Of a stretch of DNA of 48,506 nucleotides, positions 27,105 to 36,901 are shown piece after piece (positions within the stretch are counted from its first letter, which is position 1; each line of letters starts with the position of its first letter). The notes beneath the pieces were generated by a model that worked only from the letters and a program-made list of their open reading frames with translations, did no database searches and was not told where the DNA came from. A program made the translations under genes and the position numbers. Location: positions 1 through 48,506 of the forward strand of contig JBBWWC010000142.1 of assembly GCA_050256555.1 (NCBI GenBank), in the 5' to 3' direction. This DNA is from Planctomycetota bacterium (GTDB taxonomy: Bacteria; Planctomycetota; UBA8108; UBA1146).

Positions 27105-28229
27105 TCAGGCGCGCCCCAGGTTCTTGATCCCCATCTCTGCAGCGACATTGCCGATCTCGGTGACCAGCAGATCGATGTCTTCGGGGAAAACGTTACCGAT
27201 GGTACCGACCCGGAAGCATTCCGCATCCGACACCTTGCCGGGGTAGATGACGAAGCGACGCTCCTTCAACCGTCGATAGAACTCGACAAATTCAAAAGCA
27301 GAATCAGCCGGGTAATAGAAGGAAGTGATCACCGGAGAATGGAGCTCATCGGGCAACAGGGTATCGAAACCAAGGTTTCGTAAACCGGCGACCAATCGCC
27401 GCTGATTTTCGCAGTAACGCTGGTAGCGCGGCTCGACTCCGCCCTCCTCTTGCAGTTCCCGTAACGCCTGTCGAAACGCCATCAGCACATGGGTCGGCGA
27501 GGTATAACGCCATTTGCCGCCCGCATCTTCCATCATTTTCCACTGATCATGGAGATCGAGGCTCAGCGAACGAGCACGTCCCTCCAAGCTCTCCATCATC
27601 TCGCGGCTGGCGATGACGAAGCCGAAACCGGGCACCCCCTGGATACACTTGTTAGCTGAAGAGATGATGAAATCAGCATGGGTGCTCTCCATCGTCATCG
27701 GCATGCCACCAAAGGAAGACATCGCATCGACGATGTAACGCCTGCCAGCCTCCTTCACCACCGCCCCCACCTCTTCAACCGGATTCACCATCCCGGTGGT
27801 GGTCTCGCAGTGCACCATCGCTACATCGGTGATGGTAGAATCCTCACTCAACGTCTGGCGAATTCGATCCAGATCTGGCGACAACTTCTCGCCGTGATCG
27901 AGATCGATGAAATCGATGCCAAGAGTCCTGGTGATCTTGACGATTCGATCACCATAGGCGCCATTACTGATCACCAGTAACTTGCCATCCCGCGGCACCA
28001 CCGAACCTATGGTCGACTCGACCGAAAAAGTGCCGCTACCTTGCATCAGTGTCGCTGTGTATCCGTCCTGATCAGTCGCCAGTCGGACGAGTCCGGCACG
28101 GACCTCCTCGACGATACAGTTGTAATCGGCATCCCAGGTCGAAAAGTCCGCCCCCATCGCCGCACGAACAGACCGTGTGGTCGTCAAAGGGCCTGGAGTC
28201 AATAACAGGTAGGGGATGTCATCATCCAA
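27105..28229 (-). CDS. phnW: 2-aminoethylphosphonate--pyruvate transaminase (class V aminotransferase)
   Basis: Long stretches match my memory of enterobacterial PhnW: [106 protein letters not shown] 28229 has AAGAGG 5 nt upstream and gives the homolog-like N-terminal length. The track start is 28301. Confidence 0.8.
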   Translation of the reverse strand: MDDDIPYLLLTPGPLTTTRSVRAAMGADFSTWDADYNCIVEEVRAGLVRLATDQDGYTATLMQGSGTFSVESTIGSVVPRDGKLLVISNGAYGDRIVKITRTLGIDFIDLDHGEKLSPDLDRIRQTLSEDSTITDVAMVHCETTTGMVNPVEEVGAVVKEAGRRYIVDAMSSFGGMPMTMESTHADFIISSANKCIQGVPGFGFVIASREMMESLEGRARSLSLDLHDQWKMMEDAGGKWRYTSPTHVLMAFRQALRELQEEGGVEPRYQRYCENQRRLVAGLRNLGFDTLLPDELHSPVITSFYYPADSAFEFVEFYRRLKERRFVIYPGKVSDAECFRVGTIGNVFPEDIDLLVTEIGNVAAEMGIKNLGRA

Positions 28230-28305
28230 GAGAACCTCTTTCCCTTCAGGGTCAGATCTGAGTGCCGCCACCACGATGGGTAATGCCCTCCAAATCAGCA
28301 ACCCG

Positions 28306-30756
28306 CTAGCTCAAAATCTTCTCCCGCTTGACGTCATAAGGTGGGACAAGACACGCCCTTGCCGGAACCCTCTGGCCTGCAACATCGATCTCATAATCAC
28401 CTCCGAGAACGAAATCGCGGGACATCGGCTGATTCGAACGAACGTATCCCAGGGCCACAGAAGCACCGATCGCGTGGCCGTAGGCCGCGGACGACAAATA
28501 ACCAACACATTTACCATTGCGGTAAATCGGCTCGTCATGCCACAGCATCGGTTCCGGATCTTCCAGAACAAAACTGGTCATCCGCTTGAGAACACCGACC
28601 TCCTTCTGCCGTAACAATGCATCACGACCGATGAAGGGGATCTCCTTGTCCCAGGCCATGGCGAAGGACAATCCGGCCTCCAGGGGTGTGTCATCGGGAG
28701 ACAGGTCCGCCCCCCAAGCTCGATAGCCCTTCTCCAATCGTAGCGAATTGACTGCATAGTGACCGGCATCGACCAACCCAAGATCTCGGCCGGCATCTTG
28801 AATCGCATCATAGACCGCAACCGCTCCAGCGATCGGTACATGCAATTCCCAACCGAGCTCGCCAACGTAAGTAATTCGAGCAGCCAGGACTTCTACATCT
28901 CCGATGGTCACCTTCTTCGAAGTTCCAAATCGAAAATCAGACAGATCTTCATGAGTAACTCGTGAAAGAAGATCTCGAGAAAGCGGTCCCATCAAACCGA
29001 GTACTGACAAATCCTCGGTGATGTCAGTCAATCGAACCTGCTGTCCTGATTCGATATGACGAAGGATCCAATTGGCATCCCGGATCCTCTGAGCCGACGA
29101 AGAAACGATGTAAAACTGATCTTCAGCTTCTCGCATGACACTGAGATCCGATTCGAATGTTCCTCGTTGGTTGAAGAGTCCGGTGTAGACCACTTTCCCG
29201 ATCGACACATCCATCTCATTACCACAGAGCTTCTGCAGAAGAGGTAGGGCGTCATGCCCCTGAAGGCGATACTTGGAGAAGGAAGTCTGATCAAAGATCG
29301 CCACCTTTTCACGAGTCGCCATGTGTTCGATTCGATGGGCCTCAAACCAGTTCTGTCGACCGAAAGAGTACTCCGTCGCGGCGGCCTGACCGCCCCTGGC
29401 AAACCAGTTCGGTCGCTCCAGTCCCATCTTGTTGCCGAAACAAGCGCCCCTGGCCGCCAAACGATCATGAAGTGGCGACTTTCGTCGATCTCTTCCAGTC
29501 TCGAATTCTCGGTTGGGCCATCCCAGCTGATAATGCAAACCGAGCACTTCTCCGACCCGCTCCTTGAGGAACCCACGATCGTTCTGGGCAGTAGAGAAAC
29601 GACGGACATCGACAGCCCACAAATCGAAGGGCGGTTCCCTTTCGGTCATCCACTCGGCCAGCACCTTGCCCGCTCCCCCCGAGCAAGCGATCCCCGCCGA
29701 GTTGAAGCCCGCCGCCACGAACAGATTGCTCAGCTCGGGTGTTTCGCCGAGGAGAAACTGATTGTCGGGAGTAAAACTTTCGGGACCATTCACGAACTTG
29801 GCGAAGCCGGCCTCCTCGAGGCCCGGCAAGCGACGATACCCCTCTGCGATCGGTGCTTCGAACTTTTGCCAATCATCTTCCAGTAACTGAAAGCTAAAAT
29901 CCGCGGGGATCGGATCGACATTCCACGGCTTGGTAAAGCCCTGGAAGGCGCCAAGCAAAACACCGTCTCCCTCGCCGCGCCAGTAGATGGTGCCATCCGG
30001 ATCACGACAGCAAGGCATCCCATCCCAGGCTCCTTCGAGTGGATTCGAGACCGCGTAGTGATGCTCGACCGGATACAGGGGAAGAGTCACGCCCGCATCG
30101 AGTCCCAGTTGGCGTGTCCACATTCCGCCACAAAGAACCACATGTTCCGATTCCACAAATCCATGGTCAGTCTCAACGCCACAAACACGCCCATCTTTTT
30201 GCCGTAGCGATGTGACACGTACTCCCTCAAAAATTCCGACGCCTGACTGACGTGCTCCCTGCGCCAGAGAAAGGGTCGCCTGTTCCGGCTGAACCTTGCC
30301 ATCTCCGGGGAGCCAGGCAGCCCCCAGCAAATCCTCGGAGTTCATGATGGGACACTTTTCAAGAGCCGTTTCGACATCGACCATATGAGCTTCAACACCA
30401 AGATATTCAGCCATCGCAACGGTCCTGCGTAGCTGAACCATTCGTTCATCACACCGAGCCATGATCAAGGATCCGACTTGATTCCAGCCGGTCGAAACTC
30501 CCGTCTCTTGTTCGAGATTCGAGTAAAGCTGCACACTGTGTTCGTTGATCTTTGTCATGCTACTGGAAGTTCGTAGACGCCCGACCATACCGGCGGCATG
30601 CCATGTAGTACCGCCGGCAAGCCTTCCCTGCTCCAGCAACACGACCTCACCCCAACCCAATTTGGCCAGGTGATAAGCGACACTGGCCCCGACAATACCG
30701 CCACCAACAACGACTACCTGTGCTCGATCGGGAAATCTCTGATCTTGTTCAGACAC
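28306..30756 (-). CDS. FAD-dependent oxidoreductase fused to GcvT-type folate-binding aminomethyltransferase domains (dimethylglycine/sarcosine dehydrogenase family)
   Basis: Dinucleotide motif [21 protein letters not shown]. About 390-aa DAO domain followed by a GcvT-like region ([18 protein letters not shown] ... LRLEKGYR). GTG 30756 has GAGGAG 7 nt upstream. Confidence 0.85.
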   Translation of the reverse strand: MSEQDQRFPDRAQVVVVGGGIVGASVAYHLAKLGWGEVVLLEQGRLAGGTTWHAAGMVGRLRTSSSMTKINEHSVQLYSNLEQETGVSTGWNQVGSLIMARCDERMVQLRRTVAMAEYLGVEAHMVDVETALEKCPIMNSEDLLGAAWLPGDGKVQPEQATLSLAQGARQSGVGIFEGVRVTSLRQKDGRVCGVETDHGFVESEHVVLCGGMWTRQLGLDAGVTLPLYPVEHHYAVSNPLEGAWDGMPCCRDPDGTIYWRGEGDGVLLGAFQGFTKPWNVDPIPADFSFQLLEDDWQKFEAPIAEGYRRLPGLEEAGFAKFVNGPESFTPDNQFLLGETPELSNLFVAAGFNSAGIACSGGAGKVLAEWMTEREPPFDLWAVDVRRFSTAQNDRGFLKERVGEVLGLHYQLGWPNREFETGRDRRKSPLHDRLAARGACFGNKMGLERPNWFARGGQAAATEYSFGRQNWFEAHRIEHMATREKVAIFDQTSFSKYRLQGHDALPLLQKLCGNEMDVSIGKVVYTGLFNQRGTFESDLSVMREAEDQFYIVSSSAQRIRDANWILRHIESGQQVRLTDITEDLSVLGLMGPLSRDLLSRVTHEDLSDFRFGTSKKVTIGDVEVLAARITYVGELGWELHVPIAGAVAVYDAIQDAGRDLGLVDAGHYAVNSLRLEKGYRAWGADLSPDDTPLEAGLSFAMAWDKEIPFIGRDALLRQKEVGVLKRMTSFVLEDPEPMLWHDEPIYRNGKCVGYLSSAAYGHAIGASVALGYVRSNQPMSRDFVLGGDYEIDVAGQRVPARACLVPPYDVKREKILS

Positions 30757-30863
30757 CGAACCGCTCCTCTTCCATCACCCTCAAGTGGAGGGTCTCCTCA
30801 TCGACAGGACTAGAGTATCCTGCTGGCAGAACGGGTCCATATCTGACCCACGGAAGGAGATCG

Positions 30864-33374
30864 ATGTTCATCTCACATTTACTTCTACTCGTGATCTCAG
30901 GATTGCCGGCGCCAATCGCCCATCCAGAGCCGATTCAGGTCTTTCTTCTCGCAGGACAGTCAAACATGGAAGGACAAGCGGTCGTCGATCTGGTCCACGA
31001 GCAGCACTACAACGGTGGCCGCGGCACCCTGATTCGATTGCTCGAAGATCCCGCCATGGCAAAGAGGATGGGACATCTACGGCAGCCAGATGGGGAGTGG
31101 ACGGTAAGAGATGATGTCCTGGTCCGCTATCGCACCGGTAATAACGTTCTCAAGAGTGGCCCCCTCTCCATCGGATATGCCGTTTATGATGACCCGCACC
31201 ATTTCGGACCCGAGTTACAACTCGGACATATTCTCGGCGATGCGATGGACGCTCCGATTTTGCTGATCAAAACCTGCTGGGGCGGAAAGAGCCTACATGT
31301 CGATTTTCGTCCACCCAGTGCCGGCGGTGAAACCGGACCTTATTACACCCAGATGGTGGCCGAATATCGCGAAGCTCTGAAAGCGATCGACAAGGAATTT
31401 CCGGCCCTTGCCGGACATCCAACTCAGCTCGCCGGATTTGTCTGGTTCCAGGGCTGGAATGACATGTTCACCGAAGGAGCCGTCGAAGCCTACGAGCAAA
31501 ACATGGCCCATCTCATCGACGATCTACGCAAAGAACTGGAAGCACCTCAACTACCGGTCGTCATCGGAGAAACAGGAAATGGAAGCAGTTTACCACTACG
31601 CCACGCTCAGGCTGCGGTGGCTGAACGACCCAAATACCGCGACAACGTTTCCTATGTGTCGACAGCCCAGTTCATGCGTCGCCCGCAGGATTCTCCCAAC
31701 CAAGGCCATGGCCATCACTGGTTCGGAAATGCCGAGAGTTACTTCGGTATCGGAGACGTGTTGGGCCGCGAGATGCTTCGTCTCATCACCAACGGTTCCC
31801 CAGAAGGGGCGCTGGAACATCCCGGGCCAGCAGTCGCTGAGGGGAATACAGCCACTGCACGCTGGGCCAGGTCCTTGTTCGAGGGTTACCAGGCCCAACG
31901 TGCTTTCGAAACCATCGCCTATGCCGATCAATGGTATCGGGAACCAAGCAACGAAGGTTTCGAGGCCACTCTCGATCACGTTCTTGAACATCTAAAATCA
32001 ATCGGATTCGGCGAAGATAAAAGATTACAACTCGAAGTCATTGAAACTCCAATGCGCTCTCCTGCCTGGACGCCTAAATCTGCGCAATTGAATCTCCTCA
32101 TCGATGGTCAACCGGACCGTGTCCTTCTTTCCTTTCGAAACAGCCAGGACGCTCATCGAACGATGCTGCCAGTCAATGCTCCATCCTGCGATGTCCAGGG
32201 CCCGCTCTGCTTCGACAGCGAGAAACTCAAGAAAGGTGACATCCTCGTCACCGATCGCTCGGCTGGCCAGGCGATGAGAAGCGCACGTTCGCGCGGTGCT
32301 GTTGCGGTACTCTCTTCAAACCTGTCTGACTTCAATGTAGACCCGACCGGCGGCGATCGTCACCTCGATGCCATTCACTATTCGAGCATCCGGGGTGGAG
32401 ACTTTCCGGTCGCCATGATTTCACCGCGAGTCCATTCGATCCTCCGCGAGAACCATCGAATCTATCCCGCCACGAGTCGCGTTTCCTTGAAAGCCAAGGT
32501 CGTTACCGAGGAAAAACCTCTTCGTACCATCGTCGCAACGGTCGTCGGTCAGGACCTTCCTGATGAAGCGATCGCACTGGCAGCCCATGTTCAAGAACCG
32601 GGAGCTGTCGATAACGCCAGCGGTATCGGCGGACAACTGGAGGGAGTCCGATCACTGGTCAGTGCGCTCGGTCAAAAGAAGTTTGATTGGCCGCGCCGAA
32701 GCATCTCCTTCATCTGGGGTGACGAGATGACGATGAGCCGCATCTATCTTGATCACACCAAGCGCAAGACAATCGCAGCCTTCTCTGCCGACATGATTGG
32801 CGCATCGCAAGGAATGACCGGAGCCATCGCCTTGCTCGAACGATCTCCTGATCCAGGAGCTCTCAAACTCCTGCCTCCTGATTCGCACACGCCCTGGGGC
32901 GCCGGCCGGGTCAGCCAGTCAGATCTTCACCCCAGCGGAATCTCGACGATCGCACGTCTTGCGATGCACGATGTTGCCGCTGCTTCCAACGGCTGGGTCG
33001 TCGGTGAACACCCATGGGAAGGCGGAAGTGATCATGACGTATTTCTGGGACGCAACATTCCGGCGATCTTGATGTGGCACTTCACCGATTTCGCCTACCA
33101 CACCAGTCTTGATCGCCTCTCCCATGTCGACCCCAGAGTCGTCCGACGGATGAGCGTGGCCTTGCTCACGGCCGCCATGGCCGTAGCGGACCCTCGCCCA
33201 GAAGATTTCGATCGTTACCGCCAAACGATCGAGAATAATCGGACACTCCGAAGCCAGGCGGCGCGAAAAAACAATGACCAAGAACTTCTCGCTCAGTGGA
33301 ATGATTGGTGCAATGAATCCATTATCTGGTTCGAGAATCTTTGTCAGGAAAAATCAGATAAAACCAGTCGCTGA
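30864..33374 (+). CDS. Secreted fusion: SASA/DUF303 (sialate O-acetylesterase-like, SGNH) domain plus PA plus M28-type metallopeptidase domain
   Basis: Esterase motifs FLLAGQSNMEGQ, CWGGKSL, FVWFQGWND. Peptidase motifs AAHVQEPGAVDNASG, ADMIG, GGSDHDVF. ATG 30864 has GGAAGGAGA upstream and a hydrophobic N-terminus MFISHLLLLVISGLPAP. Confidence 0.75.
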   Translation: MFISHLLLLVISGLPAPIAHPEPIQVFLLAGQSNMEGQAVVDLVHEQHYNGGRGTLIRLLEDPAMAKRMGHLRQPDGEWTVRDDVLVRYRTGNNVLKSGPLSIGYAVYDDPHHFGPELQLGHILGDAMDAPILLIKTCWGGKSLHVDFRPPSAGGETGPYYTQMVAEYREALKAIDKEFPALAGHPTQLAGFVWFQGWNDMFTEGAVEAYEQNMAHLIDDLRKELEAPQLPVVIGETGNGSSLPLRHAQAAVAERPKYRDNVSYVSTAQFMRRPQDSPNQGHGHHWFGNAESYFGIGDVLGREMLRLITNGSPEGALEHPGPAVAEGNTATARWARSLFEGYQAQRAFETIAYADQWYREPSNEGFEATLDHVLEHLKSIGFGEDKRLQLEVIETPMRSPAWTPKSAQLNLLIDGQPDRVLLSFRNSQDAHRTMLPVNAPSCDVQGPLCFDSEKLKKGDILVTDRSAGQAMRSARSRGAVAVLSSNLSDFNVDPTGGDRHLDAIHYSSIRGGDFPVAMISPRVHSILRENHRIYPATSRVSLKAKVVTEEKPLRTIVATVVGQDLPDEAIALAAHVQEPGAVDNASGIGGQLEGVRSLVSALGQKKFDWPRRSISFIWGDEMTMSRIYLDHTKRKTIAAFSADMIGASQGMTGAIALLERSPDPGALKLLPPDSHTPWGAGRVSQSDLHPSGISTIARLAMHDVAAASNGWVVGEHPWEGGSDHDVFLGRNIPAILMWHFTDFAYHTSLDRLSHVDPRVVRRMSVALLTAAMAVADPRPEDFDRYRQTIENNRTLRSQAARKNNDQELLAQWNDWCNESIIWFENLCQEKSDKTSR

Positions 33375-33467
33375 GGCGATTTCTTCTCGGATCAACAGAA
33401 TCAAAATCTTGCGGTCCGTTGACCTGTGCCTTGCGAAACTGGATGCTGCTTCTTTCAGGAGGAACAC

Positions 33468-34412
33468 TTGCTCAATCCCGGTGGCGATCTCGATCTGGAC
33501 TGGGTGCTATCTGCCCGGGTCAATCGATCCGCGGTCGAACGACGCACCAAGACCCTGACCGGTCGTCGAACGGTGAAAAAGTCGTGGCAAATCGGCTGGC
33601 TTGCTCATGCCATCCGTTGCATTGATCTCACCACCTTGTCCGGCGATGACACACCTGGAACCGTCCGCCGACTGGCATCCAAAGCAAGACTTCCAATTCG
33701 CCACGACATTCTTGAGGCACATGGGCTGCCAACCGACATTCACTGCGCTTCCGTCTGTGTCTATCACAACCTGATAGAAACTGCGGCACAGGCGACCAAA
33801 AACTCGCCCGTAAAGGTATGTGCGGTTTCGACCGGATTCCCTGCAGGACAAATCCCCCATGAGATGAAACTGGCTCAGATCGAATCTTCCATCGCAGCTG
33901 GAGCCGTGGAGATCGACATCGTGATTTCCCGAAGCCTGGTCCTGCAAGGCCGCTGGGAAGATCTGCATGCCGAGGTCAAAGCCTACCGGGCGGCCTGCGG
34001 CGACCGAGCCTGCTTGAAAACGATACTGGCGACCGGTGAGCTCGGCGACCTTCGGCGAATCGCCAGAGCTTCACGTGTCTGTCTTGGTGCCGGTGCAGAT
34101 TTCATCAAGACTTCGACAGGCAAAGAACCTGTCAACGCCACGTTACCGGTAGCACTGGTGATGCTTCGTGCGATTCGTGAGCACCAGGAACGTAGCGGCT
34201 ACCTGGCCGGGTTCAAACCCGCAGGCGGAATCCGAACCGCCAAGGAAGCGATCTCTTTTTTGATGTTGATTCGAGAAGAACTGGGGACGAAGTCGATGGC
34301 AGCGGATCGATTCCGCATCGGCGCCTCCTCCCTCCTTGCTGATCTCGAGCGCCAACTCGAGTTCCACGCCACCGGACGGTATTCCGCCGCCCACCGGCAT
34401 CCGATGGGATAG
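33468..34412 (+). CDS. deoC: Deoxyribose-phosphate aldolase (long form)
   Basis: CIDLTTLSGDDT and the Schiff-base lysine context DFIKTSTGK. TTG 33468 has AGGAGG 5 nt upstream. The alternative GTG 33426 (track) lacks an SD. Confidence 0.8.
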   Translation: MLNPGGDLDLDWVLSARVNRSAVERRTKTLTGRRTVKKSWQIGWLAHAIRCIDLTTLSGDDTPGTVRRLASKARLPIRHDILEAHGLPTDIHCASVCVYHNLIETAAQATKNSPVKVCAVSTGFPAGQIPHEMKLAQIESSIAAGAVEIDIVISRSLVLQGRWEDLHAEVKAYRAACGDRACLKTILATGELGDLRRIARASRVCLGAGADFIKTSTGKEPVNATLPVALVMLRAIREHQERSGYLAGFKPAGGIRTAKEAISFLMLIREELGTKSMAADRFRIGASSLLADLERQLEFHATGRYSAAHRHPMG

Positions 34413-34417
34413 ATTCG

Positions 34418-36778
34418 ATGACACCTGAAGAAACGAATCCTGCAGACCAACTCGACCACCTCGACTGGGGACCAGCTCCTGAGGCTGCAAGCCAGGCTCG
34501 CGAGTGGATCGAACGTACCGGCAAGAATCCCGCTCACTACATCGGTGGTGAATGGATCGCTTCTGCGAATGCGAATCGGTTCGCCAGTCGCTATCCCGCA
34601 ACAGGAGAAACTCTCAGAGAAGTACTCCAGGGATCAAAGGAAGATGTCGACCTGGCCGTCAAGGCAGCTCGTAAAGCTCTTCCCGGCTGGCAAAGTCTCG
34701 GTACTGCAGGCCGTTCACGTCATCTCTATGCCCTCGCACGAGCGATACAGAAGGAAAGTCGACTTTTTGCGGTACTCGAAACCCTCGACAACGGAAAACC
34801 GATCCGTGAAACCCGAGACATCGATATCCCGCTGGTGATCCGTCACTTCTATCACCATGCCGGTTGGGCACGGATTGTCGAGGAAACTGCCCCCGATGCA
34901 AAACCATGGGGCGTTTGTGGCCAGATCATTCCGTGGAACTTCCCGCTACTGATGCTGGCATGGAAAGTTGCCCCAGCACTGGCATGCGGTAACACGGTGG
35001 TTTTAAAACCGGCGGAATGGACATCACTGAGCGCACTCCTGTTTGCCGAGATCTGTCAAAAGGTCGGACTTCCGCCAGGCGTCTTTAACATCGTCACCGG
35101 TGATGGAGAAACAGGTTCCGCTATCGTTTCGCATCCAGATGTCGATAAGGTTGCCTTCACCGGATCGACTGATGTTGGAAGAATCATCCGTAAAGCCACT
35201 GCCGGCACCAAAAAAGGTCTCACGCTTGAACTCGGCGGGAAAAGTCCCTACATCATCTTCGAGGATGCCGATCTCGACAGCGCAGTGGAAGGTCTTGTCG
35301 ATGCCATCTGGTTTAACCAGGGGCAGGTCTGCTGCGCTGGAAGTCGTCTTCTCATCCAGGAATCGGTCGCCGAAGAGGTCCATCGCAAGATCAAGGAACG
35401 GATGTCACGACTTCGCGTTGGTGATCCACTTGATAAAGCCATCGATATGGGTGCGATGGTCGAACAAGAACATCTGGATCGGGTCAAAGCACTTTGTGAC
35501 CGAGCCATCCAGGAAGGGCTCGACTGCATCCAACCAGACATCGATCTTCCTGAATCAGGATACTGGTTCCCCCCGACCTTGTTTCCAGATGCGCCCCTGT
35601 CTTCCGAAATCGCCTGTCAGGAAGTCTTCGGCCCGGTGCTCGTCTCCACCACCTTCCGTACACCAGCCGAGGCGGTCAAGATCGCCAACCACACTCGATA
35701 CGGACTGGCGGCCACGATATGGAGTCAGGATATCGATACCGCCCTGGAAATCGCCCGCAAGGTCAAAGCAGGAACGGTATGGGTCAATGGCACCAATCTC
35801 TTCGATGCATCGAGCGGCTTTGGCGGTATGAAGGAGTCAGGCTTCGGTCGTGAAGGTGGGCGAGAAGGACTCCATGCTTATTTCCGCTCTGATTCATCCA
35901 CGTGTAAAACCCCGGAAAATATTGCGACTTCCGAGATCATCACGGCTACAGAAACCAGTGACACTCTCGATCGAACCGCAAAATTATATGTAGGAGGAAA
36001 ACAGGTCCGACCCGATGGGGGCTACTCTTTCGAAGTCCGTTCTCCCGAGGGAGAACTGATCGGCCTTGCTGGTCAGTCAAACCGTAAAGATGTTCGAAAT
36101 GCTGTCGAAGCTGCAAGCAAGTGCAGCTGGGCATCGATGACCGGTCATGCCAGAGCCCAGGTCCTGTGGTTCATTGCAGAAAATCTTGAGCCAAGGTCAG
36201 CAGAACTCTCTCAGTTAATCGATGAGATGACAGGCTGCGGTGAAAAAGCAGCTCAAGAAGAGGTCGCCGAAACCGTTGATCGCTGGACCTGGTGGGCCTC
36301 CTGGGCTGACAAACATGATGGCGCCGTCCATGACGCTCCATGGAAAGGCCTGGTGCTCGCACTTCACGAACCGTACGGCGTGGCAGGGCTGGTTTGTCCT
36401 GAATCCAAACCATTACTCGGATTGGTTGCTCACTGCGCACCATTACTGGCGACCGGCAATGCAGTGGTTGCGATCCCATCAACCGCTTGCCTGGCTGCAG
36501 TCGAGTTATGTCGAATCCTTGAACATTCTGATCTCCCGGCTGGAGCCCTCAATTTACTGACGGGATCCGCTGCAGAACTCGCACCAGTGCTGGCCGCACA
36601 TGATGGAGTCGACCTGCTCTGGTATGACGGGAATACATCGCTTGCGACCCAACTCGAGGAAGCGTCGGCAGGAAATATGAAGGTTTGCTGGAGCCCGGGA
36701 GACACTTCCCAGAAATCCGCGCTGCTGATGGACAAAAGTGCTCAGGTGAAGAATATCTGGCTTCCTCACGGCATCTAG
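34418..36778 (+). CDS. Aldehyde dehydrogenase with an additional C-terminal partial ALDH-like domain (786 aa)
   Basis: Domain 1 is complete: FPLLMLAWKVAPALACGNTVVLKPAE, LELGGKSP, NQGQVCCAGSR, EEVFGPV. After about residue 510 a second ALDH N-terminal-half-like region follows (YVGGKQV..., HEPYGVAGLVCPESKPLLGLVAHCAPLLATGNAVV) with no catalytic Cys/Glu motifs. Confidence 0.8.
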   Translation: MTPEETNPADQLDHLDWGPAPEAASQAREWIERTGKNPAHYIGGEWIASANANRFASRYPATGETLREVLQGSKEDVDLAVKAARKALPGWQSLGTAGRSRHLYALARAIQKESRLFAVLETLDNGKPIRETRDIDIPLVIRHFYHHAGWARIVEETAPDAKPWGVCGQIIPWNFPLLMLAWKVAPALACGNTVVLKPAEWTSLSALLFAEICQKVGLPPGVFNIVTGDGETGSAIVSHPDVDKVAFTGSTDVGRIIRKATAGTKKGLTLELGGKSPYIIFEDADLDSAVEGLVDAIWFNQGQVCCAGSRLLIQESVAEEVHRKIKERMSRLRVGDPLDKAIDMGAMVEQEHLDRVKALCDRAIQEGLDCIQPDIDLPESGYWFPPTLFPDAPLSSEIACQEVFGPVLVSTTFRTPAEAVKIANHTRYGLAATIWSQDIDTALEIARKVKAGTVWVNGTNLFDASSGFGGMKESGFGREGGREGLHAYFRSDSSTCKTPENIATSEIITATETSDTLDRTAKLYVGGKQVRPDGGYSFEVRSPEGELIGLAGQSNRKDVRNAVEAASKCSWASMTGHARAQVLWFIAENLEPRSAELSQLIDEMTGCGEKAAQEEVAETVDRWTWWASWADKHDGAVHDAPWKGLVLALHEPYGVAGLVCPESKPLLGLVAHCAPLLATGNAVVAIPSTACLAAVELCRILEHSDLPAGALNLLTGSAAELAPVLAAHDGVDLLWYDGNTSLATQLEEASAGNMKVCWSPGDTSQKSALLMDKSAQVKNIWLPHGI

Positions 36779-36901
36779 AGATCTTTCCGGAACCAATCAG
36801 GTGACCGATCTTTCGACAAAACCACTCCCGAAAAGGTACATTTCTTTGGGAGTGTTCGTGAATGAGAAAGCGATCCTCCAGACCCATAACGTGAGGGCAT
36901 C

